The translations under genes were made by a program, and so were the position numbers. From NCBI GenBank assembly GCA_902514875.1, contig CABXSY010000002.1, positions 12,083 through 76,082 on the forward strand: a DNA stretch of 64,000 bases, given 5' to 3'. Below, piece after piece: positions 38,119-49,657 of the stretch (position 1 is the stretch's first letter; every line of letters starts with the position of its first letter). This DNA comes from an uncultured Alphaproteobacteria bacterium (GTDB taxonomy: Bacteria; Pseudomonadota; Alphaproteobacteria; HIMB59; GCA-002718135). Below the pieces are notes generated by a model that saw nothing but the letters and a program-made list of their open reading frames with translations, was not told the DNA's origin and searched no databases.

Positions 38119-39346
38119 TCAAATGATTAAATATTTGATTAAGCTTTAATTCTTTTTGTTCGCCAGTCATTAAATTTTTAATAGTAAAAAAATCGCCATT
38201 AAACTCATTTTCTCCAATAATAATTATATGTGATGCTGAAGATATATTAGCTTTTGTAAATGATTTTTTTAAATTGTATTTATAATTCCAGTAATATGAA
38301 ATTCTATTTTTAAATAAATATTTTTGCAGCTTAAGAAAATAATCTGTAAATTTTTCATTTGTTAATGCAATATGAATAGTTGAGTTTATTTTTTTTTCAG
38401 ACTCCATTAATAATGCAATTCTTTCGATACCTGCTGCCCATCCAACACCGGGTATATCAGGCCCCCCTAATACTTTTATTAATCCATCATATCTTCCACC
38501 ACCTAGTAAAGTGTCTTGACTTCCTAAATTATCTGATTTGTATTCAAATACTGTATTACAATAGTAATCAAGACCTCTAACGAGATTAGCGTTTTCTTCA
38601 AAATTAATTTCTAGTATATTTAATGATTTTTTAAGATCTTCGTAGTGCTTTTTAGCTTCATCAGTTAAGTATTCATATATTTTAGGTGAAGATAGTGAAA
38701 CTTCTACATCTTCCTCATTTTTTGAATCTAATATTCTTAATGGGTTAGTATCAATCTTTTTAATACTTTCTTCTGATAGTTTTTTTTTATAGGTATTAAA
38801 ATATTTTGTAAGACTTTTTTTAAAATCAATTAAGGTTTTTTTATCTCCTAAAGAGTTAATATGAAGTTTTATTTTAGATTTTGGTAATAGTTCGTTTAAA
38901 ATATTATTTGAAAGTGAAATTAACTCAACATCAGCAAGAAAATCTCTGGTTCCGAGTATTTCAAAATTAATTTGATTAAATTGTCTATATCTACCCTTTT
39001 GCGGCCTTTCCCTTCTAAACATTGGTCCAATTCCAAAAATTTTTAATGGAAGATCGTTTAAAAGATTATTGGTAATAGCCGCTCTAATCATAGGCGTTGT
39101 GTACTCTGGGCGTAATGTTAAAAATTCATTACTTCGGTCTTCAAATGAATACATCTCTTTTAATACAACATCAGAATGTTCACCAAGAGGTTTTGCAAAG
39201 AGATCGCTAAATTCAAAAATTGGTGTCTGAATTTCTTTATATTCTTTTAAATTAGCATTTTTAGAAACAATATTAGAAATATGGTTAAATTTATCTATTT
39301 CTTCTCCAAATATATCATGTGTGCCTCTAACTGATCTTAATTTCAT
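38102..39346 (-). CDS. hisS: Histidine--tRNA ligase
   Basis: [11 protein letters not shown], class II motifs ([24 protein letters not shown]), and a C-terminal anticodon-binding domain. Confidence 0.93.
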   Translation of the reverse strand: MKLRSVRGTHDIFGEEIDKFNHISNIVSKNANLKEYKEIQTPIFEFSDLFAKPLGEHSDVVLKEMYSFEDRSNEFLTLRPEYTTPMIRAAITNNLLNDLPLKIFGIGPMFRRERPQKGRYRQFNQINFEILGTRDFLADVELISLSNNILNELLPKSKIKLHINSLGDKKTLIDFKKSLTKYFNTYKKKLSEESIKKIDTNPLRILDSKNEEDVEVSLSSPKIYEYLTDEAKKHYEDLKKSLNILEINFEENANLVRGLDYYCNTVFEYKSDNLGSQDTLLGGGRYDGLIKVLGGPDIPGVGWAAGIERIALLMESEKKINSTIHIALTNEKFTDYFLKLQKYLFKNRISYYWNYKYNLKKSFTKANISSASHIIIIGENEFNGDFFTIKNLMTGEQKELKLNQIFNHLNDKSR

Positions 39347-39347
39347 A

Positions 39348-40445
39348 TTAATTACTGAGTTCTATTTCTTTAGTTTTTTTTCTAATAAGATCCTCAAGAT
39401 AATTTTCTAAATCAACATTTTTTACAACATTATTTTTTTTACCATCAAGATAAATCATATGTGTATCATTTCCTCCACCAGTTATTCCAATATTTGTCAT
39501 AGTTGCCTCACCTGGACCATTAACTACACATCCAATTATTGAGACTGTTATTGGTGTAGATATATCATCTAATTTTTTTTCTAAATTTTTCACTGTTTTT
39601 ATTACTTCGAATTGTTGTCTTGCACATGATGGACATGAAATAATTTTCACACCCCTGTTCCTTAATCCTAAACTTTTTAAAATTTCGAAACCTACTCTTA
39701 CCTCTTCCTCAGGTTCGTCAGAAAGTGATATTCTAATTGTATCTCCTATTCCTCTCAAAAGTAAATTTCCCACTCCAATAGAAGATTTAATTGAACCGGT
39801 TCTTCTTCCTCCTGCCTCTGTAATACCTATATGCAATGGATAATCACATAATTCAGCTAATTGTTCATATGCTTTAATAGACATAAATATATCTGAAGAT
39901 TTCACACTGATTTTGAAGTTGGTAAAATCATTATCTTCAAGAATCTTGATATTTAATTTAGCACTTTCCACTAAAGCTTCTGGATTTGGCTCAGAAAATT
40001 TTTCTAAAATTTGTTTTTCTAAACTTCCTGCATTAACACCTACTCTTATTGAACAATTATTATCTTTTGCAGCTTTTATAACCTCCTTTATTCTTTCAAT
40101 ACTCCCAATATTACCAGGATTTATTCTAATACAAGAAGCGCCATTATTTGCTGCTTCGATACCCCTTTTATAATGAAAATGTATATCTGCAATAACAGGA
40201 ACAGGGCTATGTTTGACAATTTCTTTTAAAGAATGTGAAGATTCTTTATCTGGAACTGAAACACGAACTAAATCAACTCCTAGTTTTGCCGATCTTTCTA
40301 TTTGAGCAATAGTATCTTTTGCATTAGTTGTTAGAGTGTTTGTCATTGTTTGGACTGCGATTTGATTATTGCCGCCAATACTTACATCTCCAACTTTAAT
40401 TACGCGCGACTTTCTTCTATTAATTTGTTGATACGGTCTAAGCAT
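39348..40445 (-). CDS. ispG: 4-hydroxy-3-methylbut-2-en-1-yl diphosphate synthase (flavodoxin)
   Basis: [24 protein letters not shown], and cluster cysteines in ISCPSCARQ and GCVVNGPGE. Confidence 0.94.
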   Translation of the reverse strand: MLRPYQQINRRKSRVIKVGDVSIGGNNQIAVQTMTNTLTTNAKDTIAQIERSAKLGVDLVRVSVPDKESSHSLKEIVKHSPVPVIADIHFHYKRGIEAANNGASCIRINPGNIGSIERIKEVIKAAKDNNCSIRVGVNAGSLEKQILEKFSEPNPEALVESAKLNIKILEDNDFTNFKISVKSSDIFMSIKAYEQLAELCDYPLHIGITEAGGRRTGSIKSSIGVGNLLLRGIGDTIRISLSDEPEEEVRVGFEILKSLGLRNRGVKIISCPSCARQQFEVIKTVKNLEKKLDDISTPITVSIIGCVVNGPGEATMTNIGITGGGNDTHMIYLDGKKNNVVKNVDLENYLEDLIRKKTKEIELSN

Positions 40446-40449
40446 CTAT

Positions 40450-41238
40450 TTAATTTGTAAAATCTTTATATAAAATAAATGAGTCTAATATATCACCATA
40501 TTTACCTATTTTACCTCTTACATTCCCATCTATAAGTACTAAAATATTGCCAGCATTTCCAGCTGTAATGTTGTAGTTCAGATTTAGTTCATAAGAAAAC
40601 TCTTCATCTTTGTCCATTAACTTGCTTAAGACAATATTATTATTTTCATCTCTTAACTGTAACCATGTTGAATTTAAAATTTTTAGAGTAGCAACAGTAC
40701 TTATATTCTCATCAATTTCTATAGACGCTATAACACTAGAATTGTTTATCAAATCACTTATGTTTGAATTATTTTCTTGAAATAAATCATTATCAAAAGT
40801 ATTGGCTTTTTCAATTATAGGCTCCAAGCTTTCGGGAATATCAGGTACCAATGCATAATCGATCTGATTATTATCTTCATAAATAAATAAAAAATAAAAT
40901 GAAGAAAATACAATTAATATAAGAGAGGCAGCAAAAAACCTTTCTATTTTAAAAAAATTATTTTCAACTATTGGAGTAATATTTTTTTTTTCTTTCTTAA
41001 TATTAAATGATAAATCATTTTTAAATTTATTAATAATTGTATCAGTATCTAGTTCGAGAAAATTTGAATATGATCTTAGATGACCAACATTAAATATAAT
41101 ATCTGAGTTATTTTTAATATTATTATTTTCAAGATCAATAATAATAGTTTTAGATATATTAAGCTCAGCTGCAATATCATTTATAGAAAGATTTTTAATA
41201 TTTCTTTCAGATGATAAAATTTGCCCAACAGTTTCCAT
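40450..41238 (-). CDS. RodZ-like helix-turn-helix membrane protein
   Basis: N-terminal XRE-type HTH (LSINDIAAELNISKTIIIDLEN), one TM helix (FFAASLILIVFSSFYFLFIY), and a C-terminal beta-rich domain (DUF4115-like). It occupies the conserved position next to ispG. Confidence 0.7.
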   Translation of the reverse strand: METVGQILSSERNIKNLSINDIAAELNISKTIIIDLENNNIKNNSDIIFNVGHLRSYSNFLELDTDTIINKFKNDLSFNIKKEKKNITPIVENNFFKIERFFAASLILIVFSSFYFLFIYEDNNQIDYALVPDIPESLEPIIEKANTFDNDLFQENNSNISDLINNSSVIASIEIDENISTVATLKILNSTWLQLRDENNNIVLSKLMDKDEEFSYELNLNYNITAGNAGNILVLIDGNVRGKIGKYGDILDSFILYKDFTN

Positions 41239-42450
41239 TTATTTTCCCAGATTATATGCTTCATGTAAAGATTTTACAGCAATTTTTGTAAAATTTTTAT
41301 CAATCAAGACGCTTATCTTTATTTCAGATGTTGAAATTGCTAATATATTAATTGAATTTTCTGCTAAAGTTGTAAACATTTTCTTAGCAACGCCTGATTG
41401 AGACATCATCCCCATACCAATTACTGAAATTTTAGAAATATTGGTATCTGTTGCAATAGATGTAAAATCAATTAAATTTTGGTTATCTTCTAATAGTTTT
41501 TTAGTATTATGAATTTCGCTATTCGGCACAGTAAATGTAATATTTGCAGTGACACCATCTTGAGATGTATTTTGTACAATCATATCAACATTAATATTAT
41601 TATTAGCTAACAATCCAAAGATTGTTGCAGATATACCGGGTTTATCGGCAATTCCAGATAAGGTTAGTTTTGATTCATTATTACTATAGCTTACACCACT
41701 TACTATTTCCTTTTCAATTAATTTATTTTCATCTACAATAAAAGTACCAGTTTTTTTTGTTATTGAAGAAAGCACTTGCAAAGTAAGATTGTTTTTCATT
41801 GCTAGTTCTACAGAACGAGTATGAAGTACCTTTGCTCCAGTTGAAGACATTTCCAACATCTCTTCAAAAGCTAATTTATTTATTTTTTTAGAGTTAGGTT
41901 CCAAATTAGGATCAGTTGTATAAACTCCATCAACGTCAGTATAAATATCACACCTATCTGCATCAACAGCAGCAGCAACAGCAACAGCAGTTGTGTCAGA
42001 ACCACCTCTACCTAATGATGTAATGTTTCCATCCATATCGACACCCTGAAATCCAGCAACCACTATTACATCATAATTTTTTAGGAATTGATGGATTCTA
42101 TTTTTATCAATATTTAAAATTTTAGCTTTTTGATGGTTGCTATCTGTAATAATTGGTATTTGCCACCCGAGTAAGGGAATGGATTTAATATTTCTTTTTT
42201 TTAATATAGCTGAGAGAAGTCCAACGGAGACAGCTTCACCAGATGTTAAGATTAAATCGTTTTCAATGATTTCATTTGACTCAATTTCGTCTATATATTC
42301 TTGCATTTTATTTGTTACGCCAGACATTGCAGATAAAACAACAATTAATTTTTTATTGCTTAGTTGGTTTTCAACAATGTTAGCAACATTATTGATTTTA
42401 TCGATACTGCCAACTGAAGTACCTCCAAATTTCATTACTATAAGTTTCAT
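41239..42450 (-). CDS. lysC: Aspartate kinase
   Basis: MKLIVMKFGGTSVG, VVVLSAMSGVTN-like region, GRGGSDTTAVA, and two C-terminal ACT domains. Confidence 0.94.
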   Translation of the reverse strand: MKLIVMKFGGTSVGSIDKINNVANIVENQLSNKKLIVVLSAMSGVTNKMQEYIDEIESNEIIENDLILTSGEAVSVGLLSAILKKRNIKSIPLLGWQIPIITDSNHQKAKILNIDKNRIHQFLKNYDVIVVAGFQGVDMDGNITSLGRGGSDTTAVAVAAAVDADRCDIYTDVDGVYTTDPNLEPNSKKINKLAFEEMLEMSSTGAKVLHTRSVELAMKNNLTLQVLSSITKKTGTFIVDENKLIEKEIVSGVSYSNNESKLTLSGIADKPGISATIFGLLANNNINVDMIVQNTSQDGVTANITFTVPNSEIHNTKKLLEDNQNLIDFTSIATDTNISKISVIGMGMMSQSGVAKKMFTTLAENSINILAISTSEIKISVLIDKNFTKIAVKSLHEAYNLGK

Positions 42451-42513
42451 TGACTTAAATCTTTTTTAAATTATTTCAGCTATTATAATTATTGTTTCTA
42501 ACAAACAAGATAT

Positions 42514-43221
42514 ATGATGAATATAAAATCAAAAAATGAAGAATTTGCCCTCTTTAATCAACTTTCAGATGAATGGTGGAATGAAAATGGTAAATTTAAG
42601 ATTCTTCATCAAATTAAAAGTCATAGAATGTCTTATATATTAGATCAAATAAATAATAGAAATATTAGAAATTTAAAAATACTTGATGTAGGCTGTGGTG
42701 GAGGAATAATTTGTGAACCACTAGCAAGACTGGGTGCGAAGGTAACAGGAATAGATTTTGCTCCAAATAATATCATAGCTGCTAGGTTACATTCTAAAAA
42801 AAATAAACTTAAAATTAACTATATTAATAAAGATATTGAGAAATCAAAATTAGATGAAAAATTTGATATAATACTAATGTTTGAAGTTTTGGAACATTTA
42901 GACAATTGGAAAAAAACAATAAAAAATATAAAAAAAAATTTAAACAAAAATGGTTTAATAATTATTTCTACTATTAATAGAAACTTACTCTCTAAAATAT
43001 TTGCAATTAATATAGCAGAAAATATCCTCCATTGGATACCAAAAGGAACTCACGATTATAATAAATTAATTAAACCTGAAGAACTAAAAAAAATTTTATT
43101 AAAAGAAGAATTTAATTTAAATAATATTAAAGGTCTTGTTTTTGATCCACTAAACAGAGAATGGAAATTATCAAAAAATTATATGATAAATTATTTTTGT
43201 ACTGCTAGTTTAACTAATTAA
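42514..43221 (+). CDS. ubiG: Ubiquinone biosynthesis O-methyltransferase
   Basis: FNQLSDEWWNENGKF, and SAM motif I in ILDVGCGGGIICEPLARLGAKVTGIDF. It is divergent from lysC, as in other alphaproteobacteria. Confidence 0.9.
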   Translation: MMNIKSKNEEFALFNQLSDEWWNENGKFKILHQIKSHRMSYILDQINNRNIRNLKILDVGCGGGIICEPLARLGAKVTGIDFAPNNIIAARLHSKKNKLKINYINKDIEKSKLDEKFDIILMFEVLEHLDNWKKTIKNIKKNLNKNGLIIISTINRNLLSKIFAINIAENILHWIPKGTHDYNKLIKPEELKKILLKEEFNLNNIKGLVFDPLNREWKLSKNYMINYFCTASLTN

Positions 43222-43627
43222 TTTTTTTTGTTGAAAAAGGCAATGGTAGTACATCGATATCTTCATCAATTAATTCTTTAGTTTGCTCAATAGAAGCTTC
43301 GCCATATATTGCACGTTCCTTAGCTTCACCATATTTAATTTTCTTTGCTTCCTCGGTAAATTTATCACCAACATAATCAAATTCTTTTTCTATAATCTTT
43401 TTTAGTTTCTTAACATTTGAAGCAATTGGTTTATTCCTTTTAGAAATTTTTGAATTTGATTTTTTTGATACATTTGGAGCCATTAAACCTTTTTTTATTT
43501 GAGTACTATTACAGTAAGGACAAGTGAGTAAACCTTTTCTAATTTGCTTATTGTAGTCCTTCGTATTTTCGAAGCATCCTTCAAAAGAGGAGGCGCAATC
43601 AGAGCAATTAAGATTAAATACAATCAT
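43214..43627 (-). CDS. DUF1178 family protein (zinc-ribbon-like N-terminus)
   Basis: MIVFNLNCSDCASSFEGCFENTKDYNKQIRKGLLTCPYCNS has a CxxC...CxxC arrangement and the N-terminal sequence characteristic of DUF1178. Confidence 0.75.
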   Translation of the reverse strand: MIVFNLNCSDCASSFEGCFENTKDYNKQIRKGLLTCPYCNSTQIKKGLMAPNVSKKSNSKISKRNKPIASNVKKLKKIIEKEFDYVGDKFTEEAKKIKYGEAKERAIYGEASIEQTKELIDEDIDVLPLPFSTKKIN

Positions 43628-43632
43628 ATTTC

Positions 43633-44115
43633 TTATATTGTTTCATCTGTTTTTTTTTCAATATCAAAATCAACATCATCAGATTCTATTTGCATAATTA
43701 GTGAATTTTTTGGAAAATTTAAATTACATACTGTTCCCTTTGACAATGTTATACCCATAAAAGGCTTTAAGCTAACATTGATATATTTTTGAGTATTTTG
43801 ATCTAAAATATCAATTTTAATAAGCTCTTTGAAAATAATAAGTAGTAAATTTTTTTTTAGTTCAAATTTCAGTAATGATTTGGGAGTTTGGTGAAGGGAT
43901 AATTTAAAAATAAGATTTTTTTCAAGAACATTTATATTTTCTTCTAAATCAATATTAGAATTTTGTATTAATAGATTTTTTAGAGAAATTTGATCTTGCC
44001 TGTTTAAAATTTTTTCTTTTAATATTTCTAAAAAAGTAGTCCCATAGATTTTTTTATTAATATTTTCAGTTTCTTCTTTAATAATCGCAACTATCTCTTT
44101 AAGAATAATATCCAT
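43633..44115 (-). CDS. Hypothetical protein (160 aa), no recognisable family
   Basis: Intact ORF with a 5-nt gap to the downstream DUF1178 gene and very low G+C. I recognise no motifs. Confidence 0.5.
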   Translation of the reverse strand: MDIILKEIVAIIKEETENINKKIYGTTFLEILKEKILNRQDQISLKNLLIQNSNIDLEENINVLEKNLIFKLSLHQTPKSLLKFELKKNLLLIIFKELIKIDILDQNTQKYINVSLKPFMGITLSKGTVCNLNFPKNSLIMQIESDDVDFDIEKKTDETI

Positions 44116-44141
44116 AATAGCTTTTTATACTTTATAAAAAA

Positions 44142-44918
44142 ATGATAAACAAAAAATACCTTAAACTATTAAGAACTAAGGATAGAAAATATGGAGAAAA
44201 CTTTATATATAATGAAATTAGTAAAAATATAATTGATTCCCTAGATATTTTGAAAGTTCCTTTTAATAATATTTTAGAACTTGGAATTAATGACAAATTA
44301 ATTATTAATTATCTTAAAGAAAGATTTCCTTCTTGTTCTATAACGAGTGCTGATATCGATTTGTCATTTTTTACTAAAAAGACAGATCGACAATTAATAA
44401 AAATTGATTTGGATAATATACAAATTAAAGATAAAAAATTTGATTTAATTTATAGTAATTTTTTTTGTCAATTAACATCCAATTTTGAGAAACTGATAGA
44501 AAAGATCTTTCAAAGCCTTAATTCCAATGGATTTTTTATAGCAACGATTCCAAGCGCTGAAAATATATATCAGCTTATAAATTCAATGTATGAAACTGAT
44601 AATATTTTGTATGGAGGTATGTATCAAAGAGTTAATCCAATTTTAGATACAAATGATATTTTTAAACTACTTAAAGTGTATAACTTTGATGCACCTTTAA
44701 TAAATAATAATAACTTTACTATTGAATATTCAGTTTTTAAAAAACTACTTGATGATGTAAGATTTTTGAACTTGCCCTATGCAGGTAAAGATAAAAAAAA
44801 TAATTTTGAGAATAAGAAATACTTTATTTATTTGGAGAAACAATTCAAAAAAAAATATTATAAAGATAATTTTAATCTTGATATAAATTTTAATACAATT
44901 TGTGCTTGGAAAAAATAA
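44142..44918 (+). CDS. Class I SAM-dependent methyltransferase-like protein (BioC/NDUFAF5-like) with a degenerate motif I
   Basis: 258 aa. The post-I acidic residue is in ITSADIDL and motif II in FDLIYSNFFCQL. Motif I reads ILELGINDK instead of the usual DxGxGxG. Its position is equivalent to the conserved alphaproteobacterial methyltransferase of this neighbourhood (from my recollection). Confidence 0.6.
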   Translation: MINKKYLKLLRTKDRKYGENFIYNEISKNIIDSLDILKVPFNNILELGINDKLIINYLKERFPSCSITSADIDLSFFTKKTDRQLIKIDLDNIQIKDKKFDLIYSNFFCQLTSNFEKLIEKIFQSLNSNGFFIATIPSAENIYQLINSMYETDNILYGGMYQRVNPILDTNDIFKLLKVYNFDAPLINNNNFTIEYSVFKKLLDDVRFLNLPYAGKDKKNNFENKKYFIYLEKQFKKKYYKDNFNLDINFNTICAWKK

Positions 44919-44920
44919 AA

Positions 44921-46132
44921 TTAAGATCTGTAATCAGCATTAATCTTTAAATATTCATACGTAAGATCATTTCCATAAACTGTGTGAAAATACTTACCTA
45001 AGTTTAATTTTACATTGATTTCTATAGTTTTATTTTTCATATAATTATTAAGTTTACTAGTATTTATTTTTTTACTAATAGAACCATTTTCGCATACAAC
45101 ATTGCTTCCAAACAAAACTTTAATTTTATTTTGATTTATATTTTCTTCAGTTTTACCAATTGCCATTATTACTCTACCCCAATTTGCATCTTCTCCGGCT
45201 ACAGCTGTTTTAACCAAAGGAGAATTAGCAATACTAAATGCAATTTTTTTTGCTTGATTTTTTGATCTTGCATTCAAAACATTAACTCTTATTAGCTTAG
45301 AAACACCCTCACCATCTTTAATTACTTGAAGAGATAAATCATGCATTAATTCAAATATTTTATTATTTAGTATTTTAAAATTCTTTTTATTTAAATTTAT
45401 ATTTTTATTCCCAACAGAAAACATCATTAAAGTATCACTTGTTGATGTATCACTGTCTACAGTTATTGAATTAAATGTGTTGTCTAAATTATTTTTAAGG
45501 AGTCTGTTTATTAACTTTTTTGAAATTTCACATTCTATAAAAATATACACCAACATAGTTCCCATATTTGGCTGTATCATTCCTGATCCTTTTGCTATTC
45601 CATAAATCTTAAATGATTGATTGTCTAAGTTAATATTTTTAATTGATACTTTTGGGAAAGTATCTGTTGTCATAATTGCCTTAGCGCTTTCTAGTAAACC
45701 ATTTTTATTTTTGGAATTTATTTTTTCAAATTTATCTATAATTAAATTAGGGTTAAATTTTTCACCGATTACACCAGTAGATGATACTAATACTTCATTG
45801 GATCTACATTTAATTTTTTTTGTTAATGCTTTTACATACTTATCTATAATTTTCAGACCATCTTTACCAGTATGCGCATTCGCATTACCAGCATTCACAA
45901 CTAAAGCTTTAGCTTTACCTTTGTTATTTTTTTTATCCCAAATTATTGGAGCTGAAGGTGTTGATGTTTTTGAATAGACACAACATACATTAACAATTTG
46001 ATCAAAAATTATTAATAAAAGATCTTTATCTTTTTTTTTAAATCCAGCATTAAAAGTATAGATATTGAGGCCATTAGGATTAAAATCTTTGATTTTTTTT
46101 GGCTTAAATATTGAAATCATTTTATTGACCAT
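44921..46132 (-). CDS. argJ: Bifunctional glutamate N-acetyltransferase / amino-acid acetyltransferase
   Basis: 403 aa with KALVVNAGNANAHTG, the autoprocessing site region PNMGTMLVYI, and GEDANWGR. Confidence 0.93.
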   Translation of the reverse strand: MVNKMISIFKPKKIKDFNPNGLNIYTFNAGFKKKDKDLLLIIFDQIVNVCCVYSKTSTPSAPIIWDKKNNKGKAKALVVNAGNANAHTGKDGLKIIDKYVKALTKKIKCRSNEVLVSSTGVIGEKFNPNLIIDKFEKINSKNKNGLLESAKAIMTTDTFPKVSIKNINLDNQSFKIYGIAKGSGMIQPNMGTMLVYIFIECEISKKLINRLLKNNLDNTFNSITVDSDTSTSDTLMMFSVGNKNINLNKKNFKILNNKIFELMHDLSLQVIKDGEGVSKLIRVNVLNARSKNQAKKIAFSIANSPLVKTAVAGEDANWGRVIMAIGKTEENINQNKIKVLFGSNVVCENGSISKKINTSKLNNYMKNKTIEINVKLNLGKYFHTVYGNDLTYEYLKINADYRS

Positions 46133-46196
46133 ATTTTAGCGTAAATTCCTTTGTAGAAGAAATATTTTTCATATATTAACTGCCATCTATCATAAC

Positions 46197-48716
46197 ATGA
46201 TTAATATCGTTAACAAATTATTTGGTTCTATAAAATCTAATTCGCTTAAAAAATATGCAAGTTTTGTAGAAAAAGTAAACAAACTAGAAGAAGTAATTTC
46301 TCAACTTTCAGATCAAGAATTAAAAAATAAAACTAATTATTTTAGAAGTGAATTTAAAGAAACAGGATCAATAAACAAATTATTACCAGAAATATTTGCT
46401 GTAGTAAGAGAAGCATCCAAAAGAACATTAAACATGAGACACTATGATGTTCAGATAATTGGTGGAATGGTTTTATATGAAAACAAGATTACTGAAATGA
46501 AAACTGGAGAAGGAAAAACCTTAGTTGCTACTCTAGCTGCTTACGCAAATGCTTTAGAAAACTTATCTGTACATATCATTACGGTTAATGATTATCTTGC
46601 AAAAAGAGATGCTGAATGGATGGGGAATATATATAATTTTCTTGGTCTTAGTGTAGGGTGTATAACTGCTGAAACAGCACATGAAGATAGATCTAAACAG
46701 TATGATGCGGATATTGTTTACGCAACAAATAATGAAATAGGATTTGATTATTTAAGAGATAATCTTAAAAACGATTACAATAACTTATGTTTTAAAAAAA
46801 ATGCATTTGCCATAGTTGATGAAGTGGATAGCATTTTAATAGATGAGGCCAGAACACCTCTTGTAATATCTGCGGAATCAAATTCCAATACTGATTTATT
46901 TCCTAAATTTGATAAAATTGTAAAAATTCTTAGAGAAAATGATTTTGAAATCAATGAAGAAAGTAAAAGTATTTTACTTACTACTGAGGGAATGGAATTT
47001 TGTGAAAAGTTACTAAAAGATAACGGTATCATCAAAGAGGGTACACTTCAGGATTTAGGAAATATGGTTTTAAACCATAATATTATACAAGCTCTTAGAG
47101 CCCATCATTTATTTATAAAAGATAAAGATTACATAATAAAAGATAGAAATGTTGTTATTATTGATGAGTTGACTGGTAGAGCTATGGAAGGTAGAAGATA
47201 TGGTGATGGATTGCATCAAGCTATAGAAGCAAAAGAAAATTTAGTAATCCAAAAAGAAAATCAAACTATTGCTTCTGTTACATATCAAAATTTTTTTAGA
47301 ACATATCATCGTCTAAGTGGAATGACAGGAACTGCAAAAACAGAAGCTAAAGAATTTGAAAGTATATATAATTTAGATGTTGTGGATATTCCTCCCAATA
47401 TAAAGGTGAATCGTATTGATAAAAATGATCAAATTTATATGACAAAAAGAGAAAAATATAATGCTGTATTAGATCTTGTTAAGTCACGAAATAATATCAA
47501 TCAACCAATCCTTATAGGAACCACATCAGTAGAAAATTCAATAAAAATTTCTGATTTATTAAAAAAAGAAAATCTTAAACATAATGTTTTAAATGCTAAA
47601 AATCATATGAGTGAAGCTAAGATAATTGAAGAAGCAGGAATGCCTGGGAATATTACCATTTCAACAAATATGGCTGGAAGAGGGACTGATATTAAATTAG
47701 GAAATAGCGATGATAATTTAAAAAAAGAAGCAATTGATGCTGGTGGATTATTAGTAATTGGCACAGAAAGACATGAGAGTAGAAGAATAGATAATCAACT
47801 AAGGGGTAGATCAGGAAGGCAAGGAGATATTGGAGAAAGTATTTTTTTCCTATCATTGGAAGATGATCTTATGAGAATATTTGGATCAAAAACTCTTGAA
47901 AATGTATTATCAAAATTGGGTTTAAAAGATGGTGAGGTGATTACACATTCAATGATTACCAAATCTTTAGAACGTGCTCAACAAAAAGTTGAAAGTCATA
48001 ATTTCGATATGAGAAAACAGATTTTAAGATTTGATGATATTTTGAATGATCAAAGAAAAATAATTTATCAAAATAGAAAAGAAATTCTTAATACGAATGA
48101 TCAATCTAAAATTATAGAAGATATGATTTTGGATTATATAAATTATTTAATTGTAGTCACAATTCCTCCAAAAAAATACTCTCATGAATGGGATGGAAAT
48201 TTGTTAAAAGAAAAAACTAAAGAAATATTTGATATAGATATTCCAGTCTTAAAATGGATTGATGAAGAAGGTGTTGATGATGAAGAAATTAAAAAAAGGT
48301 TATTAGATGAAGTTAACCAAAAATACAAAGAAAAACAACATCAATATTCTTATGAGCTACTCAAGTTTGCAGAAAAAAGAGTAATGCTTTTTCAAATAGA
48401 TAAAGATTGGAGAGATCATCTAGCCGCAATGGACTCACTGCGTGGAAGTGTTAATTTAAGAGCTTTGGGGGGTAAAGATCCATTCTATGAATATAAAAAA
48501 GAATCTTTTGATTATTTTGATGAAATGCTTTCAAACCAAAATGAGAGAGTATTAAAAACACTATTTAATATAAAGTTAGTAAATGAAAATAATCATAATG
48601 AGACTAATATTAAACAAACAAAAGAGCCAAGAAGAATTATAACTAAAAAAATAGGTAGAAATGAACCTTGTCCATGTGGTTCAGGTAAAAAATATAAACA
48701 ATGTCATGGTAATTAA
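46197..48716 (+). CDS. secA: Preprotein translocase ATPase SecA
   Basis: [38 protein letters not shown], and the C-terminal zinc motif [14 protein letters not shown]. Confidence 0.96.
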   Translation: MINIVNKLFGSIKSNSLKKYASFVEKVNKLEEVISQLSDQELKNKTNYFRSEFKETGSINKLLPEIFAVVREASKRTLNMRHYDVQIIGGMVLYENKITEMKTGEGKTLVATLAAYANALENLSVHIITVNDYLAKRDAEWMGNIYNFLGLSVGCITAETAHEDRSKQYDADIVYATNNEIGFDYLRDNLKNDYNNLCFKKNAFAIVDEVDSILIDEARTPLVISAESNSNTDLFPKFDKIVKILRENDFEINEESKSILLTTEGMEFCEKLLKDNGIIKEGTLQDLGNMVLNHNIIQALRAHHLFIKDKDYIIKDRNVVIIDELTGRAMEGRRYGDGLHQAIEAKENLVIQKENQTIASVTYQNFFRTYHRLSGMTGTAKTEAKEFESIYNLDVVDIPPNIKVNRIDKNDQIYMTKREKYNAVLDLVKSRNNINQPILIGTTSVENSIKISDLLKKENLKHNVLNAKNHMSEAKIIEEAGMPGNITISTNMAGRGTDIKLGNSDDNLKKEAIDAGGLLVIGTERHESRRIDNQLRGRSGRQGDIGESIFFLSLEDDLMRIFGSKTLENVLSKLGLKDGEVITHSMITKSLERAQQKVESHNFDMRKQILRFDDILNDQRKIIYQNRKEILNTNDQSKIIEDMILDYINYLIVVTIPPKKYSHEWDGNLLKEKTKEIFDIDIPVLKWIDEEGVDDEEIKKRLLDEVNQKYKEKQHQYSYELLKFAEKRVMLFQIDKDWRDHLAAMDSLRGSVNLRALGGKDPFYEYKKESFDYFDEMLSNQNERVLKTLFNIKLVNENNHNETNIKQTKEPRRIITKKIGRNEPCPCGSGKKYKQCHGN

Positions 48717-49651
48717 ATATCTGAGGTAATATTTAGATATTTGTCTTTTCTTATTTTAACTAAATCTTCGATTGAGATTTGCTTTAATTCATTCATAAAA
48801 AATTTAATCTTTTCTTTTAATATCTCAGCTTGTTTAATAGGATGTCTATGAGCACCACCATACGGTTCTGGAATAATATCATCAATAATATTAAAATTTT
48901 TACAATCATTAGATGTTAGCTTCAGAGTATTTGCTGCTTCCTTAGAAAATTCAGTATTTCGCCATAATATAGAAGCACACCCTTCTGGAGAGATAACTGA
49001 ATATATTGAATGTTCAAGCATTAATACTCTATCAGAGGTTGCTATTCCTATTGCTCCGCCAGAGCCGCCTTCTCCAATTATTACTGATATTGTAGGTATT
49101 TTTACTTTTAAAAAATTAAGTATTGATGAAGCTATAGATTCTGATTGCCCTCTTTCTTCTGCATCCTTTCCTGGAAATGCGCCTGCCGTATCTACAAATG
49201 ATATTAATGGTAATTTAAATTTTTCTGCTAATTTCAATAATCTTTGAACTTTTCTATATCCCTCTGGTTTAGCCATCCCAAAGTTGTGTTTAATTCTTGT
49301 TTCCATTGTATTCCCTTTTTCAGTGCCGACAAAAAAAACTGAATTACCATCAATTTTTGCTAACCCACCCACTATTGCATTATCATCAGCATATTTCTTA
49401 TCTCCATGTAAAAGAACTATGTCATCAAAAATTTGCTTAGTGTAGTCTAGTGTATGTGGTCTTTCTCCATGACGAGAAACTTGAACTTTTTGCCAAGGAT
49501 CTAAATTTGAATAAATTTTTTTAAATAACTCATCTTTTTCTCTATCTAGTTTTTTAATTCTATCATCATTTAATTCTTTGTTGTTATTTAACTGATTTAA
49601 AATTGTTTCAATTTTTTCTATTTCTGTTTCAAATTCAAAATATTTAATCAT
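48713..49651 (-). CDS. accA: Acetyl-CoA carboxylase carboxyltransferase alpha subunit
   Basis: 312 aa with [25 protein letters not shown] and IGEGGSGGA. Confidence 0.94.
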   Translation of the reverse strand: MIKYFEFETEIEKIETILNQLNNNKELNDDRIKKLDREKDELFKKIYSNLDPWQKVQVSRHGERPHTLDYTKQIFDDIVLLHGDKKYADDNAIVGGLAKIDGNSVFFVGTEKGNTMETRIKHNFGMAKPEGYRKVQRLLKLAEKFKLPLISFVDTAGAFPGKDAEERGQSESIASSILNFLKVKIPTISVIIGEGGSGGAIGIATSDRVLMLEHSIYSVISPEGCASILWRNTEFSKEAANTLKLTSNDCKNFNIIDDIIPEPYGGAHRHPIKQAEILKEKIKFFMNELKQISIEDLVKIRKDKYLNITSDI

Positions 49652-49657
49652 ATTAAA

